Positions 23,486 through 37,637 of a DNA stretch of 64,000 nt are shown here, piece by piece. The stretch comes from Mobula hypostoma (taxonomy: Eukaryota): contig NC_086097.1 in assembly GCF_963921235.1 (NCBI RefSeq), positions 217,746,001 through 217,810,000 on the forward strand. The letters run 5' to 3'. Position numbers and translations under genes: made by a program. The notes under the pieces are model-generated. The model worked only from the letters and a program-made list of their open reading frames with translations, was not told the DNA's origin and ran no database searches. How positions within the stretch are numbered: the first letter of the stretch is position 1; each line of letters begins with the position of its first letter.

Positions 23486-23700
23486 TCACTTGAAGAATAT
23501 ACTTGGGTCATTGGAAAGAAAGGAGCCAAAAGGGTAGATGGCATATCTCCTGCAGTTGCATGAGAAGATTTGCAAGGAGGAGAATAGCTGTTGATGGAAA
23601 TGGAGGAGCAATTACCAGAAAATTAAGTAAGACTTGTTTGGTGGTGGTGTCACTTTGAAGGAGCCAGAATTTGCAAGAGATGATTTAGACCATTAGACCA

Positions 23701-26630
23701 GATCTAACATACAGAGAGGCTTTGAGGAAAGAGAAGTAGAATAAATGGTGTAAAGACAGTAAGGTAGAAGGGCTGAAATGTGTGTACCTCAATGCAAGAA
23801 GCATCAGGAACAAAGGTGATGAACTGAGAGCTTGGATACATACATGGAATTATGATGTAGTGGCCATTACAGAGACTTGGCTGGCACCAGGGCAGGAATG
23901 GATTCTCAATATTCCTGGATTTCAGTGCTTTAAAAGGGATAGAGAGGGTGGAAAAAGGGGAGGAGGGGTGGCATTACTGGTCAGGGATACTATTACAGCT
24001 ACAGAAAGGATGGGTAATGTAGCAGGATCCTCTTTTCAGTCAATATGAGTGGAAGTCAGCAACAGGAAAGGAGCAGTTACTCTACTGGGGGTGTTCTATA
24101 GGCCCCCTGGTAGCAGCAGAGATACAGAGGAGCAGAGTGGGAGGCAGATTTTGGAAAGGTGCAAAAATAACAGGGTTGTTATCATGGGTGACTTTAACTT
24201 CCCTAATATTGATTGGCACCTGATTAGTTCCAAGGGTTTAGATGGGGCAGAGTTTGTTAAGTGTGTCCAGGATGGATTCCTGTCACAGTATGTGGACAGG
24301 CCGACCAGGGGGAATGCCATACTAGATCTAGTACTAGGTAATGAACCAGGTCAGGTCACAGATCTCTCAGTGGGTGAGCATCTGGGGGACAGTGACCACC
24401 GCCCCCTGGCCCTTATAATTATCATGGAAAAGGATAGAATCAAAGAGGACAGGAAAATTTTTAATTGGGGAAAGGCAAGTTATGACGCTATAAGGCTAGA
24501 ACTTGCGGGTGTGAATTGGGATGATGTTTTTGCAGGGAAATGTACTATGGACATGTGGTCGATGTTTAGAGATCTCTTGCGGGATGTAAGGGATAAATTT
24601 GTCCCAGTGAGGAAGATAAAGAATGGTAGGGTGAAGGAACCATGGGTGACAAGTGAGGTGGAAAATCTAGTCAAGTGGAAGAAGGCAGCATACATGAGGT
24701 TTAGGAAGCAAGGATCAGAGGGGTCTATTGAGGAATACAGGGAAGCAAGAAAGGAGCTTAAGAAGGGACTGAGAAGAGCAAGAAGGGGGCATGAGAAGGC
24801 CTTGGTGAGTAGGGTAAAGGAAAACCCCAAAGGCATTCTTCAATTATGTGAAGAAAAAAAGGATGACAGGAGTGAAGGTAGGACCGATTAGAGATAAAGG
24901 TGGGAAGATGTGCCTGGAGGCTGTGGAAGTGAGCGAGGCCCTCAATGAATACTTCTCTTCGGTATTCATCAATGAGAGGGAACTTGATGATGGTGAGGAC
25001 AATATGAGTGAGGTTGATGTTCTGGAGCATGTTGATATTAAGGGAGAGGAGGTGTTGGAGTTGTTAAAATACATTAGGACAGATAAGTCCCCGGAACCTG
25101 ATGGAATATTCCCCAGGCTGCTCCACGAGGCAAGAGAAGAGATTGCTGAGCCTCTGGCTAGGATCTTTATGTCCTCGTTGTCCACAGGAATGGTACCGGA
25201 GGATTGGAGGGAGGCAAATGTTGTTCCCTTGTTCAAAAAAGGTAGTAGGGATAGTCCGGGTAATTATAGACCAGTGAGCCTTATGTCTGTGGTGGGAAAG
25301 CTGTTGGAAAAGATTCTTAGAGATAGGATCTATAGGCATTTAGAGAATCATGGTCTGATCAGGGACAGTCAGCATGGCTTTGTGAAGGGCAGATCGTGTC
25401 TAACAAGCCTGATAGAGTTCTTTGAGGAGGTGACCAGGCATATAGATGAGGGTAGTGCAGTGGATGTGATCTATATGGATTTTAGTAAGGCATTTGACAA
25501 GGTTCCACACGGTAGGCTTATTCAGAAAGTTAGAAGGCATGGGATCCAGGGAAGTTTGGCCAGGTGGATTCAGAATTGGCTTGCCTGCAGAAGGCAGAGG
25601 GTGGTGGTTGAGGGAGTACATTCAGATTGGAGGATTGTGACTAGTGGTGTCCCACAAGGATCTGTTCTGGGACCTCTACTTTTCATGATTTTTATTAACG
25701 ACCTGGATGTGGGGGTAGAAGGGTGAGTTGGCAAGTTTGCAGACGACACAAAGGTTAGTGGTGTTGTAGATAGTGTAGAGGATTGTCAAAGATTGCAGAG
25801 AGACATTGATAGGATGCAGGAGTGGGCTGAGAAGTGGCAGATGGAGTTCAACCTGGAGAAGTGTGAGGTGGTACACTTTGGAAGGACAAACTCCAAGGCA
25901 GAGTACAAAGTAAATGGCAGGATACTTGGTAGTGTGGAGGAGCAGAGGGATCTCGGGGTACATGTCCACAGATCCCTGAAAGTTGCCTCACAGGTGGATA
26001 GGGTAGTTAAGAAAACTTACGGGGTGTTAGCTTTCATAAGTCGAGGGATAGAGTTTAAGAGTCGCGATGTAATGTTGCAGCTCTATAAAACTCTGGTTAG
26101 GCCACACTTGGAGTACTGTGTCCATTTCTGGTCACCTCACTATAGGAAGGATGTGGAAGCATTGGAAAGGGTACAGAGGAGATTTACCAGGATGCCGCCT
26201 GGTTTAGAAAATATGCATTATGATCAGAGATTAAGGGAGCTAGGGCTTTACTCTTTGGAGAGAAGGAGGATGAGGAGACATGATAGAGGTGTACAAGATA
26301 ATAAGAGGAATAGATAGAGTGGATAGCCAGCGCCTCTTTCCCAGGGCACCACTGCTCAATACAAGAGGACATGGCTTTAAGGTAAGGGGTGGGAAGTTCA
26401 AGGGGGATATTAGAGGAAGGTTTTTTACTCATAGAGTGGTTGGTGCGTGGAATGCACTGCCTGAGTTAGTGGTGGAGGCAGATACACTAGTGAAGTTTAA
26501 GAGACTACTAGTCAAGTATATGGAGGAATCTAAGGTGGGGGCTTATATGGGAGGCAGGGTTTGAAGGTCGGCACAACATTGTGGGCCAAAGGGCCTGTAC
26601 TGTGCTGTACTATTCTATGTTCTATGTTCT
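23701..26630 (+). mobile_element. CR1 LINE, nearly complete ORF2 (APE endonuclease and RT), broken
   Basis: [60 protein letters not shown], and tail (TTCTATG)n. Contains frameshifts and stops. Confidence 0.95.
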
Positions 26631-28530
26631 ATAAGACCATAAGGCATAGGAGAAGAATTAGGCCATCGGTCCATCGAGTCTGCTCCACTATTTCATCATG
26701 GCTGATCCAATTTTCCTCTCAGCCTCAGTCTCCTGACTTCTCCCCATATCCCTTCATGCCCTGAACAATCAAGAATCTATCAACCTCTGCCTTAAATATA
26801 CATAAAGACTTGGCCTCCATAGCTGCCGGTGGCAAAGAATTCCACAGATTCACTATTCTATTACGGCTGATTTATTTTCCCTCTCAACCACATTCTCGTG
26901 CTTTATCCCCATAACCTTTTGGCACTCCTTACTAATCTAGAACCTATCAACTTTCACTTTAAATATACCCAGTGACTTGGCCTCCACAGCCATCAGTGGC
27001 AATGAATTCCACAGATTCACCACCCTCTGGTTAAAGCTGTTCTCCCTGGTCCTAGACTCTTTCCCACTATAGGAAACATCCTCTCTACATTCACTCTATC
27101 TAGGCCTTTCACTATACGATAGGTTTCAAAGAGATCCGCCTCCATTATTCTTCTACACTCCAGCAAGTACTGGCCCAGAGCCATCAAACTCCCCTCATAC
27201 GTTAACCCTTTCCTTCACAGGATCATTCTTGTGAACTGTCTCTGGACCCTGTCCATCGCAAGCACATTCTTTCTTAAATAAGGGGCCCAAAAATGCCCAC
27301 CACATTCCAAGTGCAGTCTAACCAATGCCTTATAACGCCTGAGCATTACATCCTTGCTTTTATATTGTATAAGTCTCAAAATGAATGCTAACAGTGCTGT
27401 TGCCTTCCTTATTACCAACTCAACCTGCAAGTTAACCTTTAAGGTAATCCTGCACAAGGACTCTGAAGACCCTTTGCGCTTCTGATTTCTGAATTTGCTG
27501 TATATCTAGAAAATAATTTACACCTTTATTCCTTCTATTAAAGTGCATGACCATACACTTCCCTACACTGTATTCCATCTGCCACTTCTTTGCACATTCT
27601 CCTAATCTATACAAGTTCTTCTGCAGACTCCCAGCTTCCTCAACACTAACTGCCCCTCCACCTATCTTTGAATTGTCAGCAAATGTGGCCACAAAGCCAT
27701 TAATTCTGTCATCCAGATCATTGACATATAACGTGAAAAGAAGTTGGCCCAACACTGACCCCTGAGGAACACCCTTAGTCACTAGTTGCCAATCAGAAAA
27801 GGCCCACTTTATTGCCTTTTGCTGGTCACACAATCTTCTATCCATGTTAGTTTCTTTCCTGTAATACTATTGTCTCTTATGTTATTTAGTAGCATCATTT
27901 AAAGCACCTTGTCAAAGGACTTCTGAAAATCCAAGTAGGCAACATCCACTGATGCTCCTTTATCTATCCTACCTGTTATTTCCTCAAAGATTACCAACAG
28001 ATTTGTCAGGCAAGATTTCCCCTATGGAACCATACTGACCTTGGCTTCTTTTAAAATGAGCTTCCAAGTACCCTCACTCATGGACTCCTACATCTTCCCA
28101 ACCACTGAAGTCAGGCTAACTGGGCCATAATATTGTGTCTTTTGCCTCCTTGTCTTCTTAAAAAATGGGGTGATTTCTGCAATTTTCCAGAATCTGGTGA
28201 TTCTTGTAAGATCACTACTAATGCCTCCGCAGTCTCTTCAGCTACCTCATTCAAAAGCCTGAGGTGTGGTCTATCTGGTCCAGGGATTATCTACCTTCAG
28301 ACCATTCAGTTTCCTAACACCTTATCTTTAGTAATAGTGACTACCCTCACTTTTGCCTCCTGACACTCTCCAATTTCTGGCATGTTGATGGTGTCTTTCG
28401 CAGTGAAGACTTATAAAAACTTATGGAGTTAATCTGATATTTCTTTGTCCCCAGTTACCAACTCTCCAGCATCGTTTGTCAGCAGTCGAATATCCAATCT
28501 TGCCTCTTCTTTTACTCTTTATATATCTGA
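26631..28530 (-). mobile_element. Two adjacent minus-strand CR1 fragments (26631-26860 3' end; 26860-28530 RT)
   Basis: ORF 27432-27845 ([15 protein letters not shown]) and ORF 27215-27457. The 3' UTR segment appears twice. Confidence 0.85.
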
Positions 28531-29097
28531 AAGTAATGTTTATATATCTGATTTGCTAAATATGATGTGGGGTAAAAGTAAGTTTCTAGATCTCAGAGGC
28601 AGAAAATGAGATGAGGAAAAATTAACTATTTTTTGTTTTAATTTCAGATTTTCAGTGTCCAGAATACTGATTTTGGTAATTTCTGATGATCTTTCTACTT
28701 TGTTCATTTACTTTACCTATAAGCCAACATTTGCACTTATTTTTCCTCCTGGTCAATCTTTCCTTTCTTTATTTGCTCCTTTGCCACATTCTTTTTCCAT
28801 AACTAATTTTTTAAATCTTTTCCAGACATGATGAAATGTTAACTACAGATGCTGCCTGATCTGCTGAGTATTTCCAGAATTTTCCATTCATATTGAAAGG
28901 CAACTTCCTGATTTTCACACAGATACCATACAATGTTCCTGCATCAGACATTGCTGGCTGATTTATTCCAGTATTAGTGCTATTATTAATAAATGCTGCT
29001 AATTAAAATATAACCTTGTCATTTTATCTTTCTGTATATTGTCCCAAACTCACACTCATTAAAAATACATCAAAAACTAACTCATCAAAAAAAATGA

Positions 29098-29880
29098 GCT
29101 AAGGTTCGTTTTAGTAGGTCAAGTTTGAAGACAGAATATAATGTTAATGGTAAGACTCTTGGCAGCGTGGAGGATCTGAGAGATCTTGGGGTCTGTGTCC
29201 ATGAGACACGCAAAACTGCTGTGCAGATTGACAGTGTTGTTAAGAAGGCATATGGTATGTTCGCATTCATCACCCATGGGACTGAGTTCAAGAGCCATGA
29301 GGTAATGTTACAGCTATATAAGGCCTTATCAAACCCCATTTGGAGTACTGTGTTCAGTTCTGGTCACCTCACTACAGGAAGGATGTGGATACTATAGAGA
29401 GAGTGCAGAGGAGATTTACAAGGATGTTGCCTGGATTGGAGGGTGTACCTTATGAGAATGGGTTGAGTGAACTTGGCCTTTTCTCCTTGGAAAAACGGAG
29501 GATGAGCGGTGACTTGATAGAAACGTATAAGATGATGAAGGGCACTGATTGTGTGGATAGCCAGAGGCTTTTCCCCAGGACTGAAGTGGCTAACACAAGG
29601 GGGCATAGTTTTAATGTGCCTGGAAATAGGTACCGAGGTGACGTCAGGGGTAAGTTTTTTTTACACAGAGAGTTGTGGGTGCATGGAATGCATTGCCGGC
29701 AGCGGTGGTGGAAGCGGATAAAATAGGGTCTTTTAAGAGCCTCTTAGATAGGTACATGGAGCTTAGAAAAATAGAGGGCAATGTGCTAGCGAAATTCTAG
29801 GCAGTTTCTAGAGTAGGTTACTTGGTCGGCACAACATTGTGGGCCGAAGGGCCTGTAATGTGCTGTGGATTTCTATGTTC
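29098..29880 (+). mobile_element. CR1 3' fragment
   Basis: ORFs 29125-29397 and 29340-29726 (EYCVQFWSPHYRKDV), tail ttctatgttc. Confidence 0.9.
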
Positions 29881-32799
29881 TGAAAACACTTTGATGATAC
29901 ATTTCAGAATCATATTTACAAATAACTATTTTTTGGATGTCAAAGATGACTGTTTTGTCCACAAAATCTGCCTTTAGCTCAGTTTTAATATATCCAAGTG
30001 ATTTTGCACTCACTCTCACCAGCTCCATCTAGTGTACATATGGTTTTAGTTATTACAGTACAATGTCATTAATGTCAGATTAGTGGGTAGTACCATCAAC
30101 TACGTATTTATTGTGACCACCAAGATCAACAAAGCTTTGATCTATTGGATGTTTTGACATTATGTCCCATTTCATACATGACAACTGTTTACTGGAATGT
30201 ATATTTGTAGCTGATTAAATTTACATTACATTTCACATAAATTTATCAGTAATAATAAGTACTTCTGAACCTTAGAGTTCACAGATTACAGCAGGAGTAA
30301 TCAGCCTTTCCAGTGTATGCTAACTTTTGCTAAAACTCTCTAAAAACCATCTTGTTATCATGTTTTCTGTCCTCTCTTGCTCCATGACCTGCTTGCTTTA
30401 TTTACTGTGACTAGTGTACAGGTTCATTTACTGGATTAACAATCAGAGCTCTGATTGATACAGAGACATGACTGAATCCTACTGTGAAAGATAGGTAAAT
30501 TTAAGTAACTATCTATTCTTTGTGTAGGTAATAATGATTGTATTGCAGAAGACCCTGCTATTTTATCAGAATTCTTCAAGAACAGAATCTGCTCTCCTGA
30601 CCAGATTTAACCCATTTATCAAGATTCCACTTCCCACCAAATGACTTGACCTTTAACTGTGCTAGTTCAGGGATAATTAAAAATAAACAATAAATGTCAG
30701 AATCATCAGTGATATCCACATCCTGTCAAAGAATCATAACAAAAGCAATTGCACTTATGCAACTTCACAAATACTGTACTTGCTGGGATAAAAAGTTACT
30801 TCCTCCAACAACTTTAATATTGCTTCAGTGTTTCCAAGCCTCTATCTTCACCTTCTGAGAAGCAACCAAACAGAAATCCTCAAAAAATATTACAAGTAAT
30901 AATTTTTCCCCATCTGCTTTTATCAAGACCTTTCATATTTTAAAATTTTTAATAAAAATACAAAAACTCTACACTGAAACTGCATTATGGTATCCGGCAT
31001 AGATGGGACTGGAAATCAGCCTGGATGGCCACCCCAAACTTGAAAAGTAGTTGTAGAAGAAGAGTTTTATTCTGCTTCAAAACTCTATCTAACTTTGAAA
31101 GCAGGATAGATTTTATTGCTACTACTGTTTAACATTTTTAGTAGTATTGACAAAAAACACAATTCTAAATATTAGTCTTCTCCGTTTTGGTGAAAAATAT
31201 ACTATAGTTCTCATAAATAAAGCTTTTTATTCCAATATGAGGGCCTGGTGAATTCTGCTTTAACTTTCATGACCTCAATGTAGTGCAACAGATAAATTCC
31301 AGTTTAATCATTGCCTTTTGTCATAATCCTTTTTGTTCTTATGCTTTATTTTCTCGCATATAAAATCCAAAATCTGGCATTTTCAAGGACTTATATTTTG
31401 CACTCCAAGGCATCTATTTCTCCAAACTCTAAGTTTTTCATTAAATTTGTATTTCTAGTTTACGTTCCCCCATCACCCCACCACCACCAAAATGCATTAT
31501 CTTAGCCTCTATCAAAGAACAATGCCGAAAATTCATCTCCTCTGAAGAGGAGAATATGCCTCATCTCTGCCTGAAATAGTCAACCACTTTTGTTAAAAAA
31601 GTGATTCTTAGTCCTAGATTCTTTCTCAAGAGAATCACTTTTTCCGTACATTCTCTATTAAGACCTTTATATTGGTTAGCCAACATCCAGTTAATTTAAC
31701 TACACTTTTTTCTGAAGCTTATAAGTTCTATATGAAATTTTTAATGTACAATGTTTTACTTTACTGCATTTCTTTAACTATAAAATAAATAGTGATAAAA
31801 AAGGAATATTCGTCCATATAAGTGATCTTAAAATTGTGCCTGGCAGCGCTCATCGTTTCTCTACATTTCTATGGTAATGATTTAATCTTGATATTGAAAA
31901 TCATTAAAAAGGAAGGTAGCGTTCACCTAATTATATCCTATATAATTCCAACAATTCCTGGCAGACACATTTAAATTACTAAATATTTAAACACAACAAT
32001 TCCTTTGTTTTATTCTGCATTTCAGTATGTGTGATGATAAGATACTGAAAAGATTATTACTTAGAACTTGTTTTTCTCTGCAAATAGTGTTAATCCAATG
32101 TTATAACTTTCTCCATATTAATTCATACTATTGTGGTTTTTCAGATTGCAATCTCACTGGGAGAATTCTGGTTAAACAGTATTTCCATAAAAAGAGAAGT
32201 GCAACTTTTGACAAGAATATAGCTCTGCAATAACATGTCAGATTCCAGAGCTGTAAAAGTCCTCTCCACTAGGTCATTCCTCTTAATGGTGTTATAACTG
32301 CAAAGGTAGAGAGAGAGGCCAGACAAGATGTGGACATTATCCTGTCTTTAGATCTTAGCCCTTCTTTCCCCAAGGTGGACCTGGGTAACAGGAGGTCATC
32401 CAAGGTACAGTTAGAAAAAGCATATTGTGACAAAACATGCACTATAGCGACCAACTTGTCAAGGTGACAGCTCTTCCATGTGCACTTCCTATGTGCAGCC
32501 TTCTGTTACAACATTGTTATATTTCAGGCAGCAACTCACACAGTCGCACAGTTGGAGATTGACAGCCAGAGACATAAAAATCAAGTAAGCTACCATGTCA
32601 TTCGGAGCATTTGGAAACATTATTTCTCCTTTGTCTCAAAACTAAAATTGTAATAAGCCAATGCCAGGTCCTACAAACAGAAGAGGAAGTGCCCCAAGTT
32701 CTGCCAAAACAGACGGGAAAAGACTACCTCATGCAACTCCAGCCTGATGCAACTAGCACAACCGAGGAAAACATGAAAATTCATCATATGCACGTTTGT

Positions 32800-33200
32800 T
32801 ATTTTCATATAGTACAGAAACCAGCCCTTTGGCACACACAACAATGAGTATCTATCTAATCTAGTCTCATTTTCCAGAAATTGCTATTTTAGATACTCAT
32901 CAAATTTTCTGAGAGTTTCTGCCTCCAATACCACCTTAGTGCATTCTTATTTTAACCAGCCTCTGAGTAAAAATATTCTTCCCCAGTACCCCTCCAAATC
33001 TCTTACCGCTTTACCTTCAAACTATGCTTTCAACACCTCTGCTCAGCAGAAATGTTTTGCACTATCTATTGTATCTCATCCTCCAACAAGTTTACATACT
33101 TCAGTCAGGTCCCCCCCAGCCTCTTTTACATCAAGAAAACTCAATACAGCCTATCCAGTCTCTCATCGGTGAAACAGATTAAAACATCTTGATGAAACAC
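32800..33200 (-). mobile_element. Very old CR1 3' remnant
   Basis: Weak antisense similarity (acagaaaccagcccttt, gtcaggtccccc, acagcctatccagtctctc) to the CR1 3' ends in the window. Confidence 0.4.
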
Positions 33201-36200
33201 TCCACTGTCCTCTTAAACCATACCTCAAAAACCCATGACCTCCATGGACAAGGATAGAAGTGCATAGAAACTACATTACCTCTAGCCTTCCGTTCTTATA
33301 TCATCCTGACTAGTTCCTGTGCTATCATATCATCATTGCTGGGTTAACAATTACGTACTTTATACCACTACAAAGGTACATTAATGCTTGAAGATGGTGA
33401 AGAGACTTTGTACAATCATGATGTCAAAGTCAAGCTTATTCTCATATGCGCGAATATCAAGTGCAATGAATAACTAACTTACTAGCATCAGCATTACAGG
33501 GACATAGCATTAGAGACACAACACTTTTCACAAGAAAAACATAAATTAAACATAAATTGTACAAAATTATACAACAAAGAACACAAATAGCACAAATGTA
33601 TAAAGATCATTGAAGGTCTCTAGAGGCAATGATCAGAGATGTTAATGTCAATTAGGCATTCTTGGGAACAAGGGGGACTTTTTCCACTCTGATTTTGTGG
33701 GTTCTGAAGTGTCTGATTAGGCCAAAGTGGAAACCGCACACTCCTCCATGTGGTACCTAGTGTGGAAGGTTGATGAGTAGTTTGTGAAGCAGTTCATACT
33801 TTTCATCACTTACACAGTTATTTGTGTGTTCCTAATGCATAGTCTTGAATTTAACAATACCATCTCCAAGAAGAGAAGTCTCCATGGTTTGGTTGTGAAA
33901 ATGGGTAATTAGGGGCTCAACACTGGTGATGGGAGTTTTCAGCAGGACTCTGATACTTGAATTTCCACCAGTGATGAAATTCCCTACTGTCTTCAATATA
34001 CCAGCACATCAGGGCATGTAGGGATACGGGGAGAAGTCAGGAGACTGGGGCTGAGAGGAAATCTTGCATGATGTGGGAGGTCAGGGACACAGACGGTGCC
34101 TCTGGCTGCTACAACTGTGAAAAGGTTCAGCTCCTGAAGGACCATGTTGGGGCACTGGAGAAGCAACTGGATGACCTCAGATTCATCCGGGAAAACGAGT
34201 TTTCTGGACAGGACCTACAGTGAGATTGTTACACCGAAGACACCGGAAGAGAGAAGGGGGGCAATGATGAGGAAGGGATGGAGGCTTGGAGTACAGGAGA
34301 CCCCAGGGGATGTACCTCTTGAAAACAAGTTCACCCTCTTGGAAGCTGTCGGCACAGAAGACACTGCCAGTCTGAGAGGCGGACAGGTCTGTGAGTCAAA
34401 AATTGGTGCTGAAACAAAGCCAAGGAGACAGACGTCAGGCAGAGCTGTGGTAGTTGGGGACTCCATAGTGATAGGTACAGAAAGGGGTATCTGCAGCAAC
34501 AGGCGGGATTTAAGGAAGGTGTGTTGCCTCCCTGGTGCCAGGATCAAGGATGTCACGGACCAAATGCAGGGCATCCTCAAGGGTGAAAGTGAACAGCCAG
34601 AAGTGGAAGTGCATGCCAGCACAAATGGCGTCGGGAAGAGGAGGAAAGAAATTCTGCAGTGTGACTTCAGAGAACTCGGAAGAAGGCTGAAAAGCAGGAC
34701 CTCCAGGGTGGTTATCTCCGGTTTGCTTCCAGTTCCTCGTGCTGGTGAGGGCAGGAACAGGGAGATAGGGGATCTGAATGTGTGGCTGAGGAGCTGGTGC
34801 GGGAAGCAGGGCTTTAGATTCTTAGACCGCTGGGATCTGTTTTGGGGCGAGGATGAATTGTACAAAAGGGACGGGTTGCACCTCAACAGGCCAGGGACCA
34901 GCATTCTGGCAGGCAGGTTTGCCACTGCTACACAGGTGTGTTTAAACTAAGTAGCGGGGGGGGGGGGGGAAGGAGAGGAAATATAAGGATGGAGTTAAAG
35001 GGAAAGAGAGAATTAACAGGGCAGAAAGCTCAGGAAGGGATCGGAGAGTGTGGCCAAGTGCAATAGGATCGATGTGAAAGGTGAGGGGAGTAATAGATTA
35101 AAAGTATTATATATGAATGCACGAAGTATAAGAAATAAAGTGGATGAGCTTGAGGTTCAGTTGGAAATTGGCAAGTATGATGTTGTAGGAATAACAGAGA
35201 CATGGCTGCAAGAGGACCAGGGCTGGGAAATGAATATTCAAGGACATACATCCTATCGAAAGGACAGACAGGTGGGCAGAGGGGGTGGGGTGGCTCTGTT
35301 GGTGAGGAATGAAATTCAGTCCCTTGTGAGGGGTGACATACAATCAAGAGAAGTAGAGTCAGTATGGATAGAACTGAGAAATTGTAAGGGCAAAAAGACC
35401 CTAATGGGAGTTATCTACAGGCCCCCAAACAGTAGCCTAGATACAGGGTGCAAGTTAAATCAAGAGTTAAAATTGGCATGTCGCAAAGGTAATGCTACAG
35501 TTGTTATGGGGGATTTTAACATGCAGGTGGACTGGGAAAATCAGGTTGGTACTGGACCCCAAGAAAGGGAGTTTGTGGAGTGCCTCCAAGATGGATTCTT
35601 AGAGCAGCTTGTACTGGAACCTACCAGGGAGAAGGCAATTCTGGATTTGGTGCTGTGTAATGAACCAGATTTGATAAGGGAACTTGAGGTAATGGAGCCA
35701 TTAGGAGGTAGTGACCATAATATGGTAAGTTTTAAACTACAATTTGAGAGGGAGAAGGGAAAATCGGAAGTGTCAGTATTGCAGTTGAACAAAGGGGACT
35801 ATGGAGCTATGAGGGAGGAGCTGGCCAAAGTTGACTGGAAAGATACCCTAGCAGGGATGACAGTGGAACAACAATGGTGGGTACTTCTGGGAATAATACA
35901 GAAGATGCAGGATCAGTTCATTCCAAAGAGGAAGAAAGGTTCTAAGGGGAGTAAGGGGTGACCATGGCTGACAAGGGAAGTCAAGGATAGTATAAAAATA
36001 AAAGAGAAGAAGTATAACATAGCAAAGATGAGCAGGAAGCCAGAGGATTGGGAAACTTTCAAAGAACAACAGAGGATAACTAAAAAGGCAATACGGAGAG
36101 AAAAGATGAGATATGAAGGCAAGCTAGCCAAGAATATAAAGGAGGATAGTAAAAGCTTCCTTAGGTATGTGAAGAGGAAAAAAATTAGTTAAGACCAAAG

Positions 36201-37637
36201 CTCGGCCCTTGAAGACAGAAACGGGTGAATTTATTATGGGGAACAAGGAAATAGCAGATGAGTTGAACAGGTTCTTTGGATCTGTCTTCACTAGGGAAGA
36301 CACAAACAATCTCCCAGATGTAATAGTGGCCGGAGGACCTAGGGTAATGGAGGAACTGAAGGAGATTTACATTAGGCAGAAAATGGTGTTGGACAGACTG
36401 ATGGGACTGAAGGCTGATAAATCCATAGGGCCTGATGGTCTGAACCCCAGGGTACGTAAGGAGGTGGCTCTAGAAGTCATAGACACATTGGTAGTTATTT
36501 TCCAATGTTCTATAGACTCAGGATCAGTTCCTGAGGACTGGAGGGTAGCTAATGTTATCCCACTTTTTAAGAAAGGAGGGAGAGAGAAAACAGGCAATTA
36601 TAGACCAGTTAGCCTGACATCAGTGGTGGGGAAGATGCGGGAGTCAATTATAAAGGTTGAAATAGCAGCACATTTGGATAGCAGTAACAGGATCAGTCCG
36701 AGTCAGCATGGATTTACGAAGGGGAAATCATGCTTGACTAATCCTCTGGAATTTTTTGAGGATGTAACTATGAAAATGGACAAGAGAGAGCCAGTGGATG
36801 TAGTGTACCTGGACTTTCAGAAAGCCTTTGATAAGGTCCCACATAGGAGATTAGTGGGCAAAATTAGAGCACATGGTATTGGGGGTAGGGTACTGACGTG
36901 GATTGTAAGTTGGTTGGCAGACAGGAAACAAAGAGTAGGGATTAACAGGTCCCTTTCAGAATGGCAGGCGGTGACTAGTGGGGTACCGCAAGGTTCAGTG
37001 CTGGGACCGCAGCTATTTATAATGTACATTAATGATTTAGATGAAGGGATTAAAAGTAACATTAGCAAATTTGCAGATGACACAAAGCTGGGTGGCAGTG
37101 TGAAATGTGCGGAGGATGTTGAGATAATGCAGGATGACTTGGACAGGTTGGGTGAGTGGGCAGATGCATGGCAGATGCAGTTTAATGTGGATAAATGTGA
37201 GGTTATCCACTTTGGTGGCAAGAATAGGAAGGCAGATTACTACTTGAATGATGTCAAGTTAGGAAAATGGGAAGTACAATGAGATCTTGGCGTCCTTGTT
37301 CATCAGTCACTGAAAGTAAGCATGCAGGTACAGCAGGCAGTGAAGAAAGCTAATGGCATGTTGGCCTTCATAACAAGGGGAGTTGAATATACGAGCAAAG
37401 AGGTCCTTCTGCAGTTGAACAGGGCCCTGGTGAGACCACGCGTGGCGTATTGTGTGCAGTTTTGGTCTCCAAATTTGAGAAAGGACATTCTTGCTATTGA
37501 GGGAGTGCAGTGGAGGTTCATGAGGTTAATTCCCAGGATGGCGGGACTGTCATATGTTGAAAGATTGGAGCAACTGGGCTGGTACACACTGGAATTTAGA
37601 AGGATGAGAGGGGATCTGATTGAAACATATAAGATTA

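Noticed and set aside
34215..34925. Long antisense ORFs over the TEs (also 47861-48478, 5640-6044, 59812-60276 and others)
   Set aside because: They are shadow frames of LINE coding sequence with no independent evidence.
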